Shown one piece after another: positions 63,601-64,000 of a stretch of 64,000 nucleotides of DNA. The number at the start of each line of letters is the position of its first letter. The stretch's first letter is position 1. The DNA comes from Pocillopora damicornis (taxonomy: Eukaryota): the NCBI RefSeq assembly GCF_003704095.1, contig NW_020845863.1:1-64000 (forward strand), written 5' to 3'. Under the pieces are notes generated by a model that ran no database searches, was not told the origin of the DNA, and saw only the letters and a list, made by a program, of their open reading frames with translations. Both the position numbers and the translations under genes were made by a program.

Positions 63601-64000
63601 TTGTTTTGAAAGCAATATCGAAGTGACCAAAAAAAATCATAGTTATATCAAGGGAGTATTTTATCCTAAAAATATCTGCTATTAGTTGGATAGTTTTTAC
63701 TCACCGATGTCAAAGTGAAAGGATGCCACTCTAAATGAGAGAGTTTGGGACACTTGAGGAAAATGTACTGTAATAAAATAGGAAAAAAGAGAAAGCTCAT
63801 TTAATCTTTGAACCACTAGCTCTGTGATGATTATGAAGAAGTAAAATTAATGATATTGCGTTGTCTTTTTGCAATAAATTTGTCTTCGGAGAAAGCAACT
63901 TGGAAAGTTTGCCAATGAGCACCCCTCCTGACAGAGTAACTTCCGTTTAAAAAGAAATTAGAAAAACGCCTCAAGTAAAAGTAAAACTAATATACCTGTC
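60634..64000 (-). CDS. NADPH oxidase, NOX2/gp91phox type, dehydrogenase domain (5' part outside window); exons >64000-63996, 63767-63705, 63417-63363, 62867-62804, 62527-62491, 62287-62205, 61768-61648, 61173-61102, 61009-60885, 60757-60634
   Basis: [112 protein letters not shown], terminal NKENF*. These are the FAD/NADPH-binding motifs of the NOX1-3 type. Confidence 0.93.
62582..62633 (-). ncRNA. Candidate type I hammerhead ribozyme in a NOX intron, sense orientation
   Basis: Minus strand AGCTGT-CTGATGA-GTCTCTTGGCCCGAAGC-GAAA-CGCCTT-GTC-ACACCAGCT. All core nucleotides are present, with the G10.1-C11.1 pair, a GUC cleavage triplet and a bulged helix I. Helix II is imperfect. Confidence 0.6.
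62944..63105 (-). mobile_element. Best-preserved copy of a ~170-bp dispersed repeat with a minimal hammerhead head (Penelope/retrozyme-like); other copies at ~7466-7641(+), 9856-9958(+, truncated), 25826-25917(-), 35011-35163(+), 39613-39766(+), 40905-40982(-), 43932-44060(+)
   Basis: Shared blocks CTGA(C/T)GAAGGGCTAA(C/T)GCTCGAAAC, GGCCAATTTAC, AACTCAGTTG, CCGACGCAGCA and AGAAACTTA(G/C)CCC recur in these copies. Confidence 0.75.

Noticed and set aside
1-64000. A functional immune cluster (ankyrin, apextrin, MS4A-like, NOX)
   Set aside because: These genes are interspersed with unrelated housekeeping genes, and I saw no shared regulatory signal.

Overview
AT-rich, intron-rich animal DNA with six N-gaps. 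Gene content and repeat families suggest a cnidarian, probably a stony coral (inference). Splicing exons by hand gives 12 protein-coding genes. In order: the 3' end of an ankyrin-repeat gene (+); a secreted apextrin-type MACPF+ApeC protein (+, 7 exons, 559 aa); a class A GPCR (-); SLC12A8 (-, 12 exons); a HACD1/2 very-long-chain 3-hydroxyacyl-CoA dehydratase that is nearly invisible in the ORF track (-, 8 exons including a 19-nt micro-exon); an MS4A/CD20-like four-TM protein (-); an intronless tropomyosin-like gene (+); DNALI1 (+); an orphan coiled-coil protein (-); ZDHHC6 (-) head-to-head with an intron-rich LIG4 (+); and the 3' half of a NOX2-type NADPH oxidase (-). Introns and spacers carry piggyBac-type and other MITEs, tRNA-derived SINE-like copies and tandem repeats. 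The most notable non-coding signal is a set of hammerhead ribozyme motifs. One has a complete catalytic core and lies in sense orientation in a NOX intron (62582-62633). A separate ~170-bp family of about 8 dispersed copies carries a Penelope-type minimal hammerhead at its 5' end. All coordinates were read by eye and no database searches were run.
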